A stretch of 64,000 nucleotides of DNA from Octopus sinensis (lineage: Eukaryota): contig NC_043011.1 in NCBI RefSeq assembly GCF_006345805.1, forward strand, positions 5,332,001 through 5,396,000, in the 5' to 3' direction. The translations under genes and the position numbers were made by a program. Shown piece by piece: positions 1 to 12,798 of the stretch. Under the pieces are notes generated by a model, which did no database searches, had not been told where the DNA came from, and saw only the letters and a list, made by a program, of their open reading frames with translations. The stretch's first letter is position 1. Each line of letters begins with the position of its first letter.

Positions 1-525
1 CAGACGTGAGATACGTAAGGATATTGTATCTGCAGTTTCATTATTTAAGCAGAATGGTGTATATATAAGTTTCCTGTACGTTGTGTTTGAGTTTCATTGG
101 TATTTGTAATTGGTCATTCCAAGCATAGAGTCTTGTAAACGGTGTTATTCGATGGAGGGCTTAAAAGTTGGGAATGTGTTTGTAAGGTCAAATCAAAAAC
201 AGGAAGAGGGAGACAAAAAAGGTGGGGAGAGACAATAAATAAATGAAGAAAGAGGTGTGCTAGCTAGTAGTCAGGATAAAATGATAGAAGGAAGGGAGAG
301 ATGAGGAGGAGAGAGAGAGGAAGAGATGAGAGGGTAAAGAGTAAAAGAGTGTGAGGTATGTTGTGATAGAGCTTAAGGGATTGGGCATAGAAAATATAGA
401 GAAAAGGTACGGGATAAGGGTAGAAAAATTGAGGTGGAATGAAAACTGGGGAATATAAGTTAAGTTTCGTAAAAGGACGGGTTAGTACTGAATAATAGAA
501 GAACTGAAGAATTTACATCTGTAAA

Positions 526-930
526 GGCGCAGGAGTAGCTGTGTGGTAAGTAGCTTGTTTACCAACCACATGGTTCCGGGTTCAGTCCCACTGCGTGGCA
601 TCTTGGGCAAGTGTCTTCTGCTATAGCCCCGGGGCGACCAATGCCTTCTGAGTGGATTTGGTAGACGGAAACTGAAAGAAGCCTGTCGTATATATGTATA
701 TATATGTATATGTATGTATGTGTTTGTGTGTCTGTGTTTGTCCCCCTAGCATTGCTTGACAACCGATGCTAGTGTGTTTATGTCCCCGTCACTTAGCTGT
801 TCGGCAAAAGAGACCGATAGAATAAGTACTGGGCTTACAAAGAATAAGTCCCGGGGTCGATTTGCTCGACTAAAGGCGGTGCTCCAGCATAGCCGCAGTC
901 AAATGACTGAAACATCTAAAAGAGTAAAGA
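526..930 (+). mobile_element. tRNA-derived SINE, family A (CORE-like central domain, internal TA/TG microsatellite)
   Basis: Head GGCGCAGGAGTAGCTGTGTGG (A-box-like), GGTTCAGTCCC (B-box-like), CTTGGGCAAGTGTCTT segment, 3' tail CCGCAGTCAAATGACTGAAAC; near-identical copies at 35912, 40173, 58640, 60607. Confidence 0.85.
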
Positions 931-1173
931 TGTATACACCCATACGTATCTACACATGTATATAGACATTTACATACATCAACATATACATACGCATACA
1001 AAATCTTGTATGTTACATGCATTCATGTATATTCACATTCATTTGTATCCATTTTACTATATATAAATTCTTGCATACATAAATGCACACATACAGACTC
1101 GCACACGCGCATAAATGTATGAGAGCGTATATATACACACATGCACACACACATACACAGAGGCAGGTATGTG

Positions 1174-1209
<36 letters not shown>

Positions 1210-1507
1210 TATATATATGTGTGTTTATTTCCTCCCTGCCTGAGGTTACCGTGGTCTTTTCTGTAGGCTTTTCTTTCCAAAGATGAACCTAATCGTGTTT
1301 GTTACTTTGAAAAAAAATACATTTTTTTTCTTTCTGTGATACACGATCCCTTTTGATCGCTTTTTTTTTCTTCCGATCCCTTTTGATCGAAATTTTACAT
1401 TTATTTCCTTTATTTCTTCTTTTTCCTTTTCCATCTCTGAAAAGAAAAGCTCTACATTTGTAATTGTCCCCTCTGTGTCCAGCCCTGTGTGGCCAATAAA
1501 AAAAGTT

Positions 1508-1532
1508 ATCTATCTATCTGTCTATCTATGTA

Positions 1533-1591
<59 letters not shown>

Positions 1592-1632
1592 GTCTATGAA
1601 TCTGTCTGTCTATCTATCCGTCTGTCTGTCTG
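1508..1632. repeat. (TCTA)n/(TCTG)n microsatellite
   Basis: Direct reading; follows GGCCAATAAA, which resembles the L1/Tx1 3' end at 47918. Confidence 0.9.
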
Positions 1633-1640
1633 CTTTTATA

Positions 1641-2249
1641 AAACGAAAACGCAGAATGATTACAGATAAAATGCTAATTCAGGGTTGGTCTGGTGTTAAA
1701 CAAGTTAAACAATAACAACTTTATTTCTTTACATAGAAATCAACATGTTGTTATTTCGTGCGTATATAATATGGATAAATACATAAATAATTCAGTAGTT
1801 ATATAAGTCAATGCGTATTTAACTTCTAGCTTGTACTTCTCAATCGCTTTTGTTCAAACACCTTTCTTTAGTCCCGGAGAATCATCAAGCACCCCGTTTC
1901 ATCTTTTCGTGGTCATTAAAATGTGTACCAGTTGAACACTGGGGTCGATGTAATTGACTTACATTTTCCCCCCGAACATGCTCGCCTTATTCCAAAATTT
2001 GATATCAGTATCTATATTTACATAGGTATGGCTGTGTTGTCAAGAAATTCGCTTCGCAATCGTGTCATTCGTGAGTAAATCCCTCTGCGTGACACCTTAG
2101 GGAAGTATCTTTTGTTCTATCCACATGTTGACCAATTGATACCCTGTGGTTTGTTGATGTTGTACAGCCCCTATCAGGCTTGACCAACCAAGCAATATTG
2201 CACGTAGGAAGTCTGCTGAACGGTGACACGCGATCCACAGAATCATTTT
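1641..2249 (+). repeat. Duplicated block, copy 1 (paralog 55044-55652)
   Basis: Colinear at constant offset 53403, about 8 substitutions in 609 bp by eye. Confidence 0.95.
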
Positions 2250-2532
2250 GCCAGCTATTTCTCCATGTAGCTGGAGACTCTCCGAAATGCAATGAGGAAT
2301 CGTATGGGATGCAGCGTGGAAGTCTGGACATTTTTCATCCTCTCCACTCCCCAGTCTGTTTCTATAAAGCCGTAGATTCTAACAACGGAAAAGAGGATGG
2401 TTAGACTCAGTTAAATCGCGACTGTTGCTGTTCCTCTGTACGTATTGTTAGTGATATGCAACCTTGTACACTGTTTGGTGATAGCGAATTTATTTACGTT
2501 GCGGTTTGTCAGATTTGGATAGAAGCGCGTAG

Positions 2533-2795
2533 ACTAGTGGTGCTCAACTGGAGTTCCTATAGCTATTAGGGGGTCCACGTAAGATTTTGGTGCTAAAATT
2601 TATGTGCAATAAATCTGTTATACATTTACAAAACGTAACATATTTTAATTTCTTTACAATACGTAAAAATCATAAAAATACAGTTGGATTCTTTTTTTAT
2701 ATATACATCGAATGGCTGTGGGGGTCCAGTAGAGTAAAATAGGAATCATAGGGGTCTATAGGCAAAAAGAAAAAGAAGAAATACTGAGACCCATA
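2533..2795. mobile_element. Probable hAT-type MITE
   Basis: Left end TAGTGGTGCTCAAC, internal GGGGGTCC motifs, decayed right end; interrupts the LINE. Confidence 0.4.
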
Positions 2796-3349
2796 GGGGT
2801 AGGACGTTCAAGAGGTTTTGCTAACGCTTTGTAGTATTGTACATGTACTTCACCGGTTTCCGTCGTCGTGACAAGGACTGTGAGGGTTGACGAACGCTAC
2901 TGAAACAAACTCTGTTCTTGGCACATCCTGGCAGTCTTTCATTTCCTGAATTCTAATTTCGTTGAGTTGTGGTTGTGGTCTGTACACAGTCTATGATGCG
3001 TTCCTATGGGTTCCGTTGTGATTTCTTTGATTTATTGTGGAGAGATTTCAGTGAGGTAGGACTGGCAGAGTTTATAAGGTATCCAAAGCGCTGTTGGCTC
3101 ATTATTGTTTTTGTTTTTCTTTCTCGTTGAACAAATGCGATACTTCTGGATTGTTCTCTTTGTACGTCATTTTGCTGACTTGACTGTCTGTCTGCGATGT
3201 GCGTCGTGCATATTGAAGAGGAGAAGCTGTACTCTGTTGTTAGTATTTTTGTCATCTATGCGAGTGCCGTATGTCTCTGCTGCTGAGTGAGACGGTTGCT
3301 CGAATCTGACATTCTCTTGTGCTATATACAAGATAGCAGACAGTGGGTT

Positions 3350-3882
3350 TCGTAGGTAGGGAGGTAGTGAGGTAGGGAAGGAGGTAGGTAGACAAGTTGG
3401 TAGGTAGGTAGGTAGGTATGTAGGTAGGTAGGTAGGTAGGTAAATTGGTAGGTAGGTAGATTGGTAGGTAGGTAGGTAGGTAGGTCGGTCGGTAGGTAGG
3501 TAGGTAGGTCGGTCGGTATGTAGGTAGGTAGGTAGGTATGTAGGTAGGTAGGTAGGTAGGTAGACAGGTAGGTAGACAGGTAGGTAGGTAGGTAGGAAGG
3601 TAGGTAGGTAGGTAGGTAAGTAGGTAGGTAGGTAGATAGGTAGGTAGGTAGGTAGGTAGTTAGGTAGGTAGGTAGGTAGGTAGACAGGTAGGTAGGTATG
3701 TAGGTAGGTAGGTAGGTAGGTAGGTAGGTAGGTAGGAAGGTAGGTAGGTAGGTAGGTAAGTAGGTAGGTAGGTAGATAGGTAGGTAGGTAGGTAGGTAGG
3801 TAGGTAAGTAGGTAGGTAGGTAGATAGGTAGGTAGGTAGGTAAGTAGGTAGGTAGGTAGGTAGGTAGGTAGGTAGGTAGGTA
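3350..3882. repeat. (TAGG)n microsatellite, ~530 bp
   Basis: Direct reading. Confidence 0.95.
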
Positions 3883-4370
3883 GCTGATGCTGCTGTTGCT
3901 GCTTTAAGTCTATTGTGGAGCTAGGTTTGTAGATAATTCAAATTAGGTTGAAGTCGTTGAGCTGCAACGACCGGAGAGCGGTGCGGCAATGTGAGTGTGA
4001 TGTCGTCTGCGTATAAAGATATCGGAATATTTTGTAGAGGCGGAGGAAGGTCGTGTAGTTTGTAGTTATAAGTTGAAAATTGTAGTTGCGAGGACGGATC
4101 CTTGTTGTACTTCATTCGGGAAATTGCGAGTACTTGGAAATATTGTTCTTGTACGCTACATACACTTGTCCATTTGCTGATAGTGTGCTAGCCAGTATCT
4201 TATGTTCTTTCTTAAGGTGGTGTTGAGTATTTTTTGTGAGAAAGGATAGCGGAGAATGGAGTCGATAACTTTACTAATGTCGATGGTAGTTAGGATATGT
4301 GGAGTTAGGTTTTAGTGGATGTATCCATTTTGCATTTTGTGTTAAGTTTGTGGTTAATATGATGGTTGAG

Positions 4371-4668
4371 TGTAAGGCAAGCGAGCTAGCAGAATCGTTA
4401 GCACGCCGGGCGAAATGCTTAGCGGCGTTTCGTTCATCTTCCCGTTCTGAGTTCAAATTCAGCTGAGGTCAACTTTGCCTTTCATCCTGTCGAGGTCGAT
4501 AAGGTAAGTACCAGTTGAGTACTGGGGTCGACTTACCCCCTCCTCCCAGAATCGACTTACTCTATTCCCCAGAATAGGGTAAGTCGATTCTGCCAAAATG
4601 TGAAATCAAAGGCAGCGAGCCGGGGGAATACTTAGCGGAATTCCGTCCTTGTGTTAAAATTTGAAGCC
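4371..4668 (+). mobile_element. tRNA-derived SINE, family B, inserted in LINE RT
   Basis: GCGAGCTAGCAGAATCGTTAGCACGCCGGGCGAAATGC head, GAGTTCAAATTC B-box; 15-bp TSD AATATGATGGTTGAG at 4356-4370 and 4669-4683. Confidence 0.85.
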
Positions 4669-4799
4669 AATATGATGGTTGAGAGTGGTGTACTAAATCC
4701 TGGTTGTGATTTAATGAACGTCTGTGATGTCGCGGATGAACATGTCGGGAATTTGTCTGGGTGGGTATATAAGGGTAATGAGATCTTGTCACTTTAGAA

Positions 4800-4940
4800 C
4801 AGTAGCGTAACTAGGAGGCGAGGGAGCAGCACTTTTGGGTCTGCTGTACAAACCAGTTTAGACTTGGGGACATGAGAGTCTGGTGGGGGACGGCAAAGTT
4901 AAGGGCTGCCCCGAGCGGCACCACTCTAGCTATGCCACTG
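4800..4940. mobile_element. 141-bp MITE
   Basis: Imperfect 15-bp TIRs CAGTAGCGTAACTAG / CTAGCTATGCCACTG (12 of 15 match). Confidence 0.55.
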
Positions 4941-5076
4941 CTGTATTTGATTTATGCCAAGCTTTACAATTGTTACATTAACGCATAGCTTCCAGATTCT
5001 GGAAATTTGATAGTGTTGAGTACGCGTAGGTTTTAGAAGGTGAAGTACTGCGTTTCCTACTGATTCTAGGTATTTG

Positions 5077-5305
5077 GCGGCGAGTTGGCAGAACCGCTAG
5101 CACGCCGGGCGAAATGCGTAGCCGTATTTCGTCTGCCGTTACGTTCTGAGTTCAAATTCCGCCGGGGTTGACTTTGCCTTTCATCCTTTCGGGGTCGATA
5201 AATTAAGTACCAGTTACGCACTGGGGGGTCGATGTAATCGACTTAATCCGTTTGTTTGTCCCCTCTGTGTTTCGCCCCTTGTGGGTAATAATGAAATAGG
5301 TATTT
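5077..5305 (+). mobile_element. SINE family B
   Basis: Full head-to-tail match to copies at 12799, 27487, 37833, 59956. Confidence 0.85.
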
Positions 5306-6098
5306 TGTATGTATATTTGTGATTTTATTCTAATTCTGAGGATTTTGAGGTTTTAGATTTCCTTTTTTGTTTTGGGGTGTTTGATAAAAAGATGTCAAAA
5401 CGTGGTTTAGGTGGAAAATAGATATTCTTTGTTTTGTGTGGCTGTTTTGCTTTATGTGTTTTTTTTTCTTTCTATGCCTTTGTGTCTGGGTATATTAGTG
5501 GAGGCTACTATAATACGAGCTTTGATGTTTGATGTGACTATCGTTGTTGTTAAAGTTATTAATTTCATATACATTTTACTGTTAGCTTTGTGGGTTTTTA
5601 TGTTAGTATTTTGTTTATAGTTTTTCTTTTAGTTATTTTCTTGTTTAGTCATTTGATATTTGAGTTTTACTTCGTGGGTGTGTAATTTTTGATGTTTGAG
5701 GCTGTTTTTGGTTTTTACGAGATTGACTATTTCTGATGTGAATTGTGGCTACTTTTGTGAGATATATTTTATTTGCGTCCATATTGATGGTACTGTATAC
5801 AGGGTTGGTGCTGGGGAATGAGGCGAGGTTGAATTCGGAAGACTTTGATCCCGTTTCTTTACCGAACACAATCCATTGCGCACGTTTGTGGTCTGTGAAA
5901 GTGAAAGCGATTACGTTTTCTTCACTGATGATTTGTGGTTGGTTCGAAGAAACTTCGGGAATTATTTATCCAAAAGTTGTCGTAGATAGGTGTAGAGGGT
6001 AAAAGTCATATTAGGTGAGGAGCTGTTGTTCTTTTCTCTTTGAAGCTCGCTAAGTTACGGACACAAACACACCAACACCGGTTGTTGGAGAACAAACA

Positions 6099-6172
<74 letters not shown>

Positions 6173-6203
6173 GCACACACACATTCATATATATGTATGT
6201 ATA

Positions 6204-6950
6204 TAGGGTGTAGCAGAGAGGACGGAGGTTTTTTTAAAAATTCACAAAATCATTAATTTTAGCTGCAAACAAATTTTATTGATATCAATGTGTCCGTATT
6301 GAATCCGCATTTGCTAAAATCAAGCGTTGAAAGCAACATCCATCATGTGGTGTCCGTTTCCATTGATGCATTTCTGAAGGCGTTCTTGGAAGTTGGCCTC
6401 CGCTCACTCCAGCATTGCTCCGTCGATCTGGGTGAATAGTTTCCTTCAAATTGTACGGAGCTTATGCACAGGCCCAAGGAATGTCAGCAAACCTGGAAAG
6501 GAGGTGGTCACCGAAGAGAGAGCAAAGAACGTCCATTGATGCTCTGGCTGTGTCAGCCGTCGCCCCATCCTGCTGAAGCCACATACGTCGAATAGGCATA
6601 CGTTTTCGTCGTAATTCAGGCATAGAGGTGTTGTTTATCATCTCGATGTAACGCTCGGAGTTCACAGTGATAGCATTTCCATTATTGTCTTCAAAAAAGT
6701 AAGGACCAATGACGGCAGCTTTTCCAGCAGCACACTTGACCGGGCTGTGCAGTGGTCTTTCGTGCATTTCTCTAGGATTTTCAAGAGTCCAATAACGACA
6801 GTTCTGTTGATTCACCAAGCCATTAAGATGAACATGAGTTTCATCACTCGTTAACAAAATGAGGTTATCATTTGCCTAAAAAATTGCTTCCATCTGACGT
6901 GCGAAGTTAAGCTGCTGTGCACAGTCCCATGGTTTCAAATGTTGCCAATG
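6204..6950 (-). pseudogene. Tc1/mariner-superfamily transposase remnant (maT/DD37D-like)
   Basis: ORF 6462-6857: SDETHVHLNGLVNQQNCRYW..NP, GPYFF, QQDGATA, W; TA-GGGTG terminus at 6204. Confidence 0.8.
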
Positions 6951-6954
6951 ACCA

Positions 6955-7788
6955 ATATGTACTGGGATGTCTGAGTTCCTGGATGTTGAGTTGTAGGGCA
7001 CGTTGAAAGCATATGTCAATTAGTGAAGGTGGGTAGTTCCTGGTGGTGAGTGTATCCTTTAGTTCATGTAGTCGTGTGTCTCTGGTGTTTGCATTAGAAA
7101 CTATAGTACATATCCTTTTTGATAGGTTGAAGGGGATATTTATTCTGGTGTGTCTGGGGTGGCATGAGTTGAACGGTAGATATTGCTTGGAGTCCGTAAG
7201 CTTATAGTATATATCTGTTTCTATTACGTTGTCAGATTTCTTAATGAGGATGTCGAGGAAGGCAAGTTGTTAATGAATATATTCCATCGTGAATTGAATG
7301 TTTATGTCAAGTCCATTTATAAGTGCTTGGAATTCTTTAAGTTTCTCTATACTTTCATGACAAAGAATGAAACAGTCATCCAGTTATCTCTTCCCGTTAT
7401 TTTCTATTTACAGGGAGCATGGGCTGCCGTATTTTTCTAGAACCTTGCGATAAAGACTAATTTCTAGATAACCCATGACTAGGTTAGCAAAGGAGGGGGC
7501 CATACTCGTACCCATCGCAGTCCCTGATTTTTGTCGATAGAAGTTGTCTTTGAAGACGAAGTAGTTATTCTCCAAGATGAATAGCCTTCTGTCAATAAAT
7601 TCTTTTTTGATGCGATGTGGGAGTTCGTTGGCGTAATTCTCTAGCCAGAATTATTGAATTGCTTCTATTCCTAGGTTGCGGGGGATATTGGAATATAGTT
7701 TGACTACATCGAAGGATACTAGTAGGATGTTTTTGTTTATTGTTTCAGGAAGGTGACTGAGCATTGAGCATATCCAGGTCGGGCTTCT

Positions 7789-7790
<2 letters not shown>
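6955..7790 (-). pseudogene. Penelope-like element reverse transcriptase fragment
   Basis: Minus-strand LVSFDVVKLYSNIP, GTAMGT.MAP.FANL.MG, LDDCF, FLD, NSCHP motifs; abuts (TA)n at 7791. Confidence 0.85.
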
Positions 7791-7869
<79 letters not shown>

Positions 7870-7870
7870 C
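7791..7870. repeat. (TA)n microsatellite
   Basis: Direct reading. Confidence 0.95.
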
Positions 7871-7871
7871 A

Positions 7872-8036
7872 AGAAGCCCGTCGTATATATTGCCGTTTCG
7901 TCTACCAAATCCACTCACAAAGCTCTGGTCTCCAGGAGGCTGTAGTAGAAGACACTTGCTTTCGGTACGACTCAGAAGGACTGAACTCGGAACCATGTGG
8001 TTGGGAAGTAAACTACTTACCACACAGCCACCCCTG
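7872..8036 (-). mobile_element. SINE family A, 5' half
   Basis: Reverse complement of family A head (CTACCAAATCCACTCAC...TACTTACCACACAGCCAC). Confidence 0.75.
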
Positions 8037-8590
8037 TTAAGTAAATTTTGTTTGTGTGTCGGTGTGAAACGTTTGCCACGTAAAGCACGTTTAGTCTGAA
8101 TGATATTACGTCAATCCTTTTGTTATCTGCACTGTTTGAAGACCCAGTAGCGGTGTTTATGAAATTGTTAGTGTGCTCTAGTTAGTGAATGTAATCTGAC
8201 GTGAAGGACTGTAATGTCGGTGGTAATATACTGCAGGACCAATGTCCGAAACTTTAGGACACTCTTTTGCATTCTCTAAACTTACAAATACTTTGGTCTA
8301 AATTCACCAGTTCACTTTTTCTAACTTGCTCCCTCTTCTTGCATGCTCCAGAATTACATGTCTTGTCTTTCTACAGCTCCTTGTCCCCTTCTCCTCGCAA
8401 TCCCACCTACATCGTCCCCCCCCCACCCACTGCCATTCCCACTACCCACAACTAACCTCTCTCTACCCTCCACTCACACACACTAACACAACCTCCACTT
8501 ATATACACCTCGCTCCTATACGTATCCACACCTTTCTCTTTAAATGCACATACATACTCATATACATACATCTACATTCATCTACCACCT

Positions 8591-8629
<39 letters not shown>

Positions 8630-9188
8630 TACACACACACACACACTTTTCTACACTTGGAAATTCCTTGTTTTGACCAGCACCTTTGTTTCACCCCTTT
8701 CTTCTCTTCCACCAATCACTTCTGCTTGACCGCTACACACTCATTAACTCACCCAAATGCAACATCTTCCTTGTTGTTCCTTTTTACTTATACATACATT
8801 TCTTTTAATAATCAATTTTTATTCCCTCTTCCACTTCCATTTACCATTTTCTTTCTTTCTGATCAGCACCGTGTCCATAACAACGTTAGGTCTTTCTCCT
8901 TGATCAAACAATTTTCATCTATTTCATCGTCTTCTTGTATTGTCCTTGGTCACTCATTACCAACTTCAGAATATTTTGCCAATTAACATTTTCTTTGACT
9001 TTTCTTTTTGTCCCGGAGTTCACAGATTTTCTCTCATTTAAAAAAAAAAATTCCTTTAAACTTTCCTTCTTTGTATCGCAGTCACACGCCAAAAATATTT
9101 CCCTCTCTCACCTTATTTCCTTTTATCAAGCACTCTCAGACACATCAATAACATCGGAATCAGAATCAATCGATACTATTTGTCACAA

Positions 9189-9575
9189 GGAGGCGCAATG
9201 GCCCAGTGGTTAGGGCAGCGGACTCGCGGTCGTAGGATCGCAGTTTCGATTCCCAGACCGGGCGTTGTGAGTGTTTATTGAGCGAAAACACCTAAAGCTC
9301 CACGAGGCTCCGGCAGAGGATGGTGGTGATCCCTGCTGTACTCTTTCACGACAACTTTCTCTCACTCTTACTTCCTGTTTCTGTTGTACCTGTATTTCAA
9401 AGGGCCGGCCTTGTCACTCTCTGTGTCACGCTGAATATCCCCGAGAACTACGTTGAGATTAAAAGGTGTCTGTGGAGTGCTCAGCCACTTACACGTTAAT
9501 TTCACGAGCAGGCTGTTCCGTTGATCGAATCAACCGGAACCCTCGTCGTCATAACCGACGGAGTGCTTACATCCC
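9189..9575 (+). mobile_element. tRNA-derived SINE, family C
   Basis: GGAGGCGCAATGGCCCAGTGGTTAGGGC head, GTTTCGATTCCC B-box, tail TCGTCATAACCGACGGAGTGC; TSD ATTTGTCACAA at 9178-9188 and 9576-9586. Confidence 0.9.
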
Positions 9576-10184
9576 ATTTGTCACAAATAAACAAAAAGAA
9601 GCTCAGCAGATAACCTGGGACGCATTTTGAACTTTTGCAACTTCTTCTACGGAGCTTAATTTCTTTCTGATTTCTTGAAGTGTTTGCAAATATCTCATTT
9701 CCCAAACTAAGTGGTATACTTGTTGATAATGAATTAAATTTACCTTGAATGATTATCTACAATTTAATTTAAAAGTTCTGTAAATAAAAGCATATGTATG
9801 ATCAGAATATCAATTAGCTCAAGTATATTTATTCACAGATATGATATCAGTCGATGATTATTTTGCTCGTTTTTTTTTTTTATTTTTAATTTTTAAATCT
9901 TATTTTATCAGTAAGTACAAGAGACAACTGCAGAAAAATAAGGATTTCTCATATGTGCCGTATCTCAAAACCAGAGTGGCGCGGGAGTCGAGTAAATAGA
10001 CTGTTGTATGATACTTAAATGGTATTTTATTTTATCAATCCCGGGAGATGAGAGGAAAAGTTCAACCATGTAGGGTTTGAACTCAGAGCAAGAAGATCAG
10101 TAGCTAAATAACGCACGATATTTCGACAGTTGTAACAATTTTGCCAAGTCACTTCCCTCAGGTATCGAATTCTTTATTCTTTCT

Positions 10185-10630
10185 TTCTACTCTAGGTACA
10201 GGACCTTAAATTTTGGGGAAGGGTATTAATCGAATACATTGACATCAGTGCTCAGCTGGTACTTATTTTAGCGACGTCGAACGGACAATAAGCAAAGTAG
10301 GCCTCGGCTTGAATTTGAACTCAGAACATAAAGCCGGAAAGAAATATACTAAGCATATTGTCTGGCGTGTTGACAATTCTGCTTGCTCACCGTTTTGTGA
10401 AGTACCCAATATCCTTTCTACTAAAGGCAGAAGGCCTGAAATTTTGAAGGAGGGAACTAATCGATTACATCGACCCCAGTGTTTGAATGGTACTTAATTT
10501 ATCGAGCCTGAAAGGATGAAATGAAAAGTCGACCTCGACGGAATTTGAACTCGGAACCTAAAGACAGACGAAGCAGCATTAAGCATTTTGCCTGGCGTGC
10601 AAACGATTCTGCCAGCTCGTCGTCTTGTGA
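10185..10630 (-). mobile_element. Two diverged SINE family B copies
   Basis: Reverse-complement B motifs (GAATTTGAACTC, TCGACCCCAGT) occurring twice. Confidence 0.65.
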
Positions 10631-10652
10631 GGTACCTAATATCTACAGTTGG

Positions 10653-11037
10653 GTGGAGGCGCAATGGCCCAGTGGTTAGGGCAGCGGACTCGCGGTCATA
10701 GGATCGCAGTTTCGATTCCCAGACCGGGCGTTGTGAGTGTTTATTGAGCGAAAACACCTAAAGCTCCACGAGGCTCCGGCAGGGGATGGTGGTGATCCCT
10801 GCTGTACTCTTTCACCACAACTTCCTCTCACTCTTACTTCCTGTTTCTGTTGTACCTGTATTTCAAAGGGCCGGCCTTGTCACTCTCTGTGTCACGCTGA
10901 ATATCCCCGAGAACTACGTTAAGGGTACACATGTCTGTGGAGTGCTCAGCCACTTGCACGTTAATTTCACGCGCAGGCTGTTCCGTTGATTCGGATCAAC
11001 CAGAACCCTCGTCGTCGTAACCGACGGAGTGCTTCCC
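10653..11037 (+). mobile_element. SINE family C
   Basis: Full copy; TSD ATCTACAGTTGG at 10641-10652 and 11038-11049. Confidence 0.9.
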
Positions 11038-11401
11038 ATCTACAGTTGGAGAACTTTTGGTAAAAAAAAATGTAGCTGCTTAAATCTTAAATTTGCTAAG
11101 AACTTGACCTGGCCTTGGTCTATTGATTCCTAACGAATGAATTACAAAGCAGAATATAAACTGCATAAGGGCTGAATCTAAATACTGCCTGAGGTATTTT
11201 GTCAGCTTCTGGCAATTCCGCTAATTTCCATTAGTCATCAACTAGCTGTGACAGTACCGTCTTTTTGCTAGGTTCAGCACAACCAGGACTGATCTTTTTT
11301 TTCTCTTTTTTAGGACAGTTGGGTGATTCGACGGAGATTTGTTTGTTTCAAGCGAATACTTCAAGACTCCTTTCCAAGATCACCCAGTTCGGCGACACCA
11401 A

Positions 11402-11409
11402 TAGCAGCT

Positions 11410-11475
<66 letters not shown>

Positions 11476-11514
11476 ATGGTGGTGATGGTGGTGGTGGTGT
11501 TGGTGGTGGTGGTG

Positions 11515-11547
<33 letters not shown>

Positions 11548-11572
11548 ACAGTACTAGTTGCAGTAGCAGTTG
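11402..11572. repeat. Compound (AGC)n(AGT)n(GGT)n trinucleotide repeat
   Basis: Direct reading; explains the poly-S/G/V/L ORFs. Confidence 0.9.
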
Positions 11573-11918
11573 TTGTCTAGTCCTAGTTCCACTTTGATCC
11601 AATAGGCGTATAATGTAAGGCGTTTCAGCGGAGACCATCGCATCTTTTTAGGGTTACATCTTGGGCCACACTATCCAATGTATCCTTCCTAAAGGCAGAC
11701 ATGTAGGAGTGCGATTTGGCTGCTATTTCTAGCCGTTGGCGGAAGAATTATACAAAGGTATCTCTCATTTTGGTCCGCCAACTGCAGAATATTCGCAGCG
11801 TCAACATACAGCGCTGTGTCGCAGACATCTAAATCCAATGCAACCCACATCGTTGACTCACTTTTTTGACTGAGGTAGAACTTCACCCCAAACTTCATTT
11901 ACGCAGTTTCTGCTGCTG

Positions 11919-11955
<37 letters not shown>

Positions 11956-12207
11956 GACTACTACTACTACTGCTGCTGTTGCTGCTGCTGCTAAGATGGC
12001 TGTAGTATTGGTTTAGGAGGACATTGTTGTGTCTAACATCACCATCACATCACCACCACCACCACCATCGCTCCTACGACGACGACCACCACGGCTCCCA
12101 GTCTATGTATCTTTCTGTCTGTCTGTCTTTATGTATGTATGTTTGTCGGTCTTTCTATCTGTCTGTTATCTTGTAGTCTCTGTCTCTCTGATTATATGCC
12201 CATACGT

Positions 12208-12249
<42 letters not shown>

Positions 12250-12254
12250 AAGTA

Positions 12255-12490
12255 CCTATTTCTTTACTACCCACAAGGGGCTAAACACAGAGGAGACAAA
12301 CAAGGACAGACAAAGGGATTAAGTCGATTACATTGACCCCAGTGCGTAACTGGTACTTAATTTATCGACCCCCGAAAGGATGAAAGGCAAAGTCAACCTC
12401 GGCGGAATTTGAACTCAGAACGTAACGGCAGATGAAATACGGCTACGCATTTCGCCCGGCATGCTAACGTTTCTGCCAGCTCGCCGCCTT
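12255..12490 (-). mobile_element. SINE family B
   Basis: Reverse complement of the B consensus seen elsewhere in the window. Confidence 0.85.
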
Positions 12491-12798
12491 ACTCACACGT
12501 AAGTACCTGAATGCAAACAACATAAGTGCATATATATATATATATATATATATATGTGGTAGCGACAAACCTTTCGTTCTCTTTATGAATTGTAGTTCCA
12601 TTTTGTTGTTTCAATTGTGCATTGTTTTATTGTTTAGTGGGCGTAAGGCTTTTGTAGACACAAACATCATGTTTGCGATATCAAATAACAGATCTAAAAC
12701 TGATGCACAGTTACACTTTTTTTTTTGCACGTATGCAGATAAATTTGCTTGACGACTATTATTATAAGTATGTATTATAAGTATTATTATAAGTATTT

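Larger units (their letters stand above)
2150..4790 (-). pseudogene. Decayed I/Jockey-group LINE ORF2 (RT plus C-terminal zinc-knuckle region), interrupted by later insertions
   Basis: ORF 3921-4115 has LHDLPPP..ISLYADDITLT (RT YADD); minus-strand EKCPDFHAASHTIPH and LW...SADFL near 2200-2350; CAA-rich tail near 2150. Confidence 0.7.

Noticed and set aside
8191-8260. Plus-strand hammerhead-like CTGA(CG)TGA-AGGAC...GTCC-GAAAC
   Set aside because: 2-nt insertion in the core and no stem I or valid cleavage triplet; at best a relic
9189-9260. tRNA-like heads as real tRNA genes
   Set aside because: Acceptor stems do not close and each head runs into a SINE body and tail, several with TSDs; amino-acid identity of the source tRNA not assigned
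9271-9456. Recurrent [18 protein letters not shown]... (also 10737, 28015, 41904) and [11 protein letters not shown]... (559, 36087, 60781)
   Set aside because: Chance frames inside SINE families C and A; recurrence reflects SINE copy number
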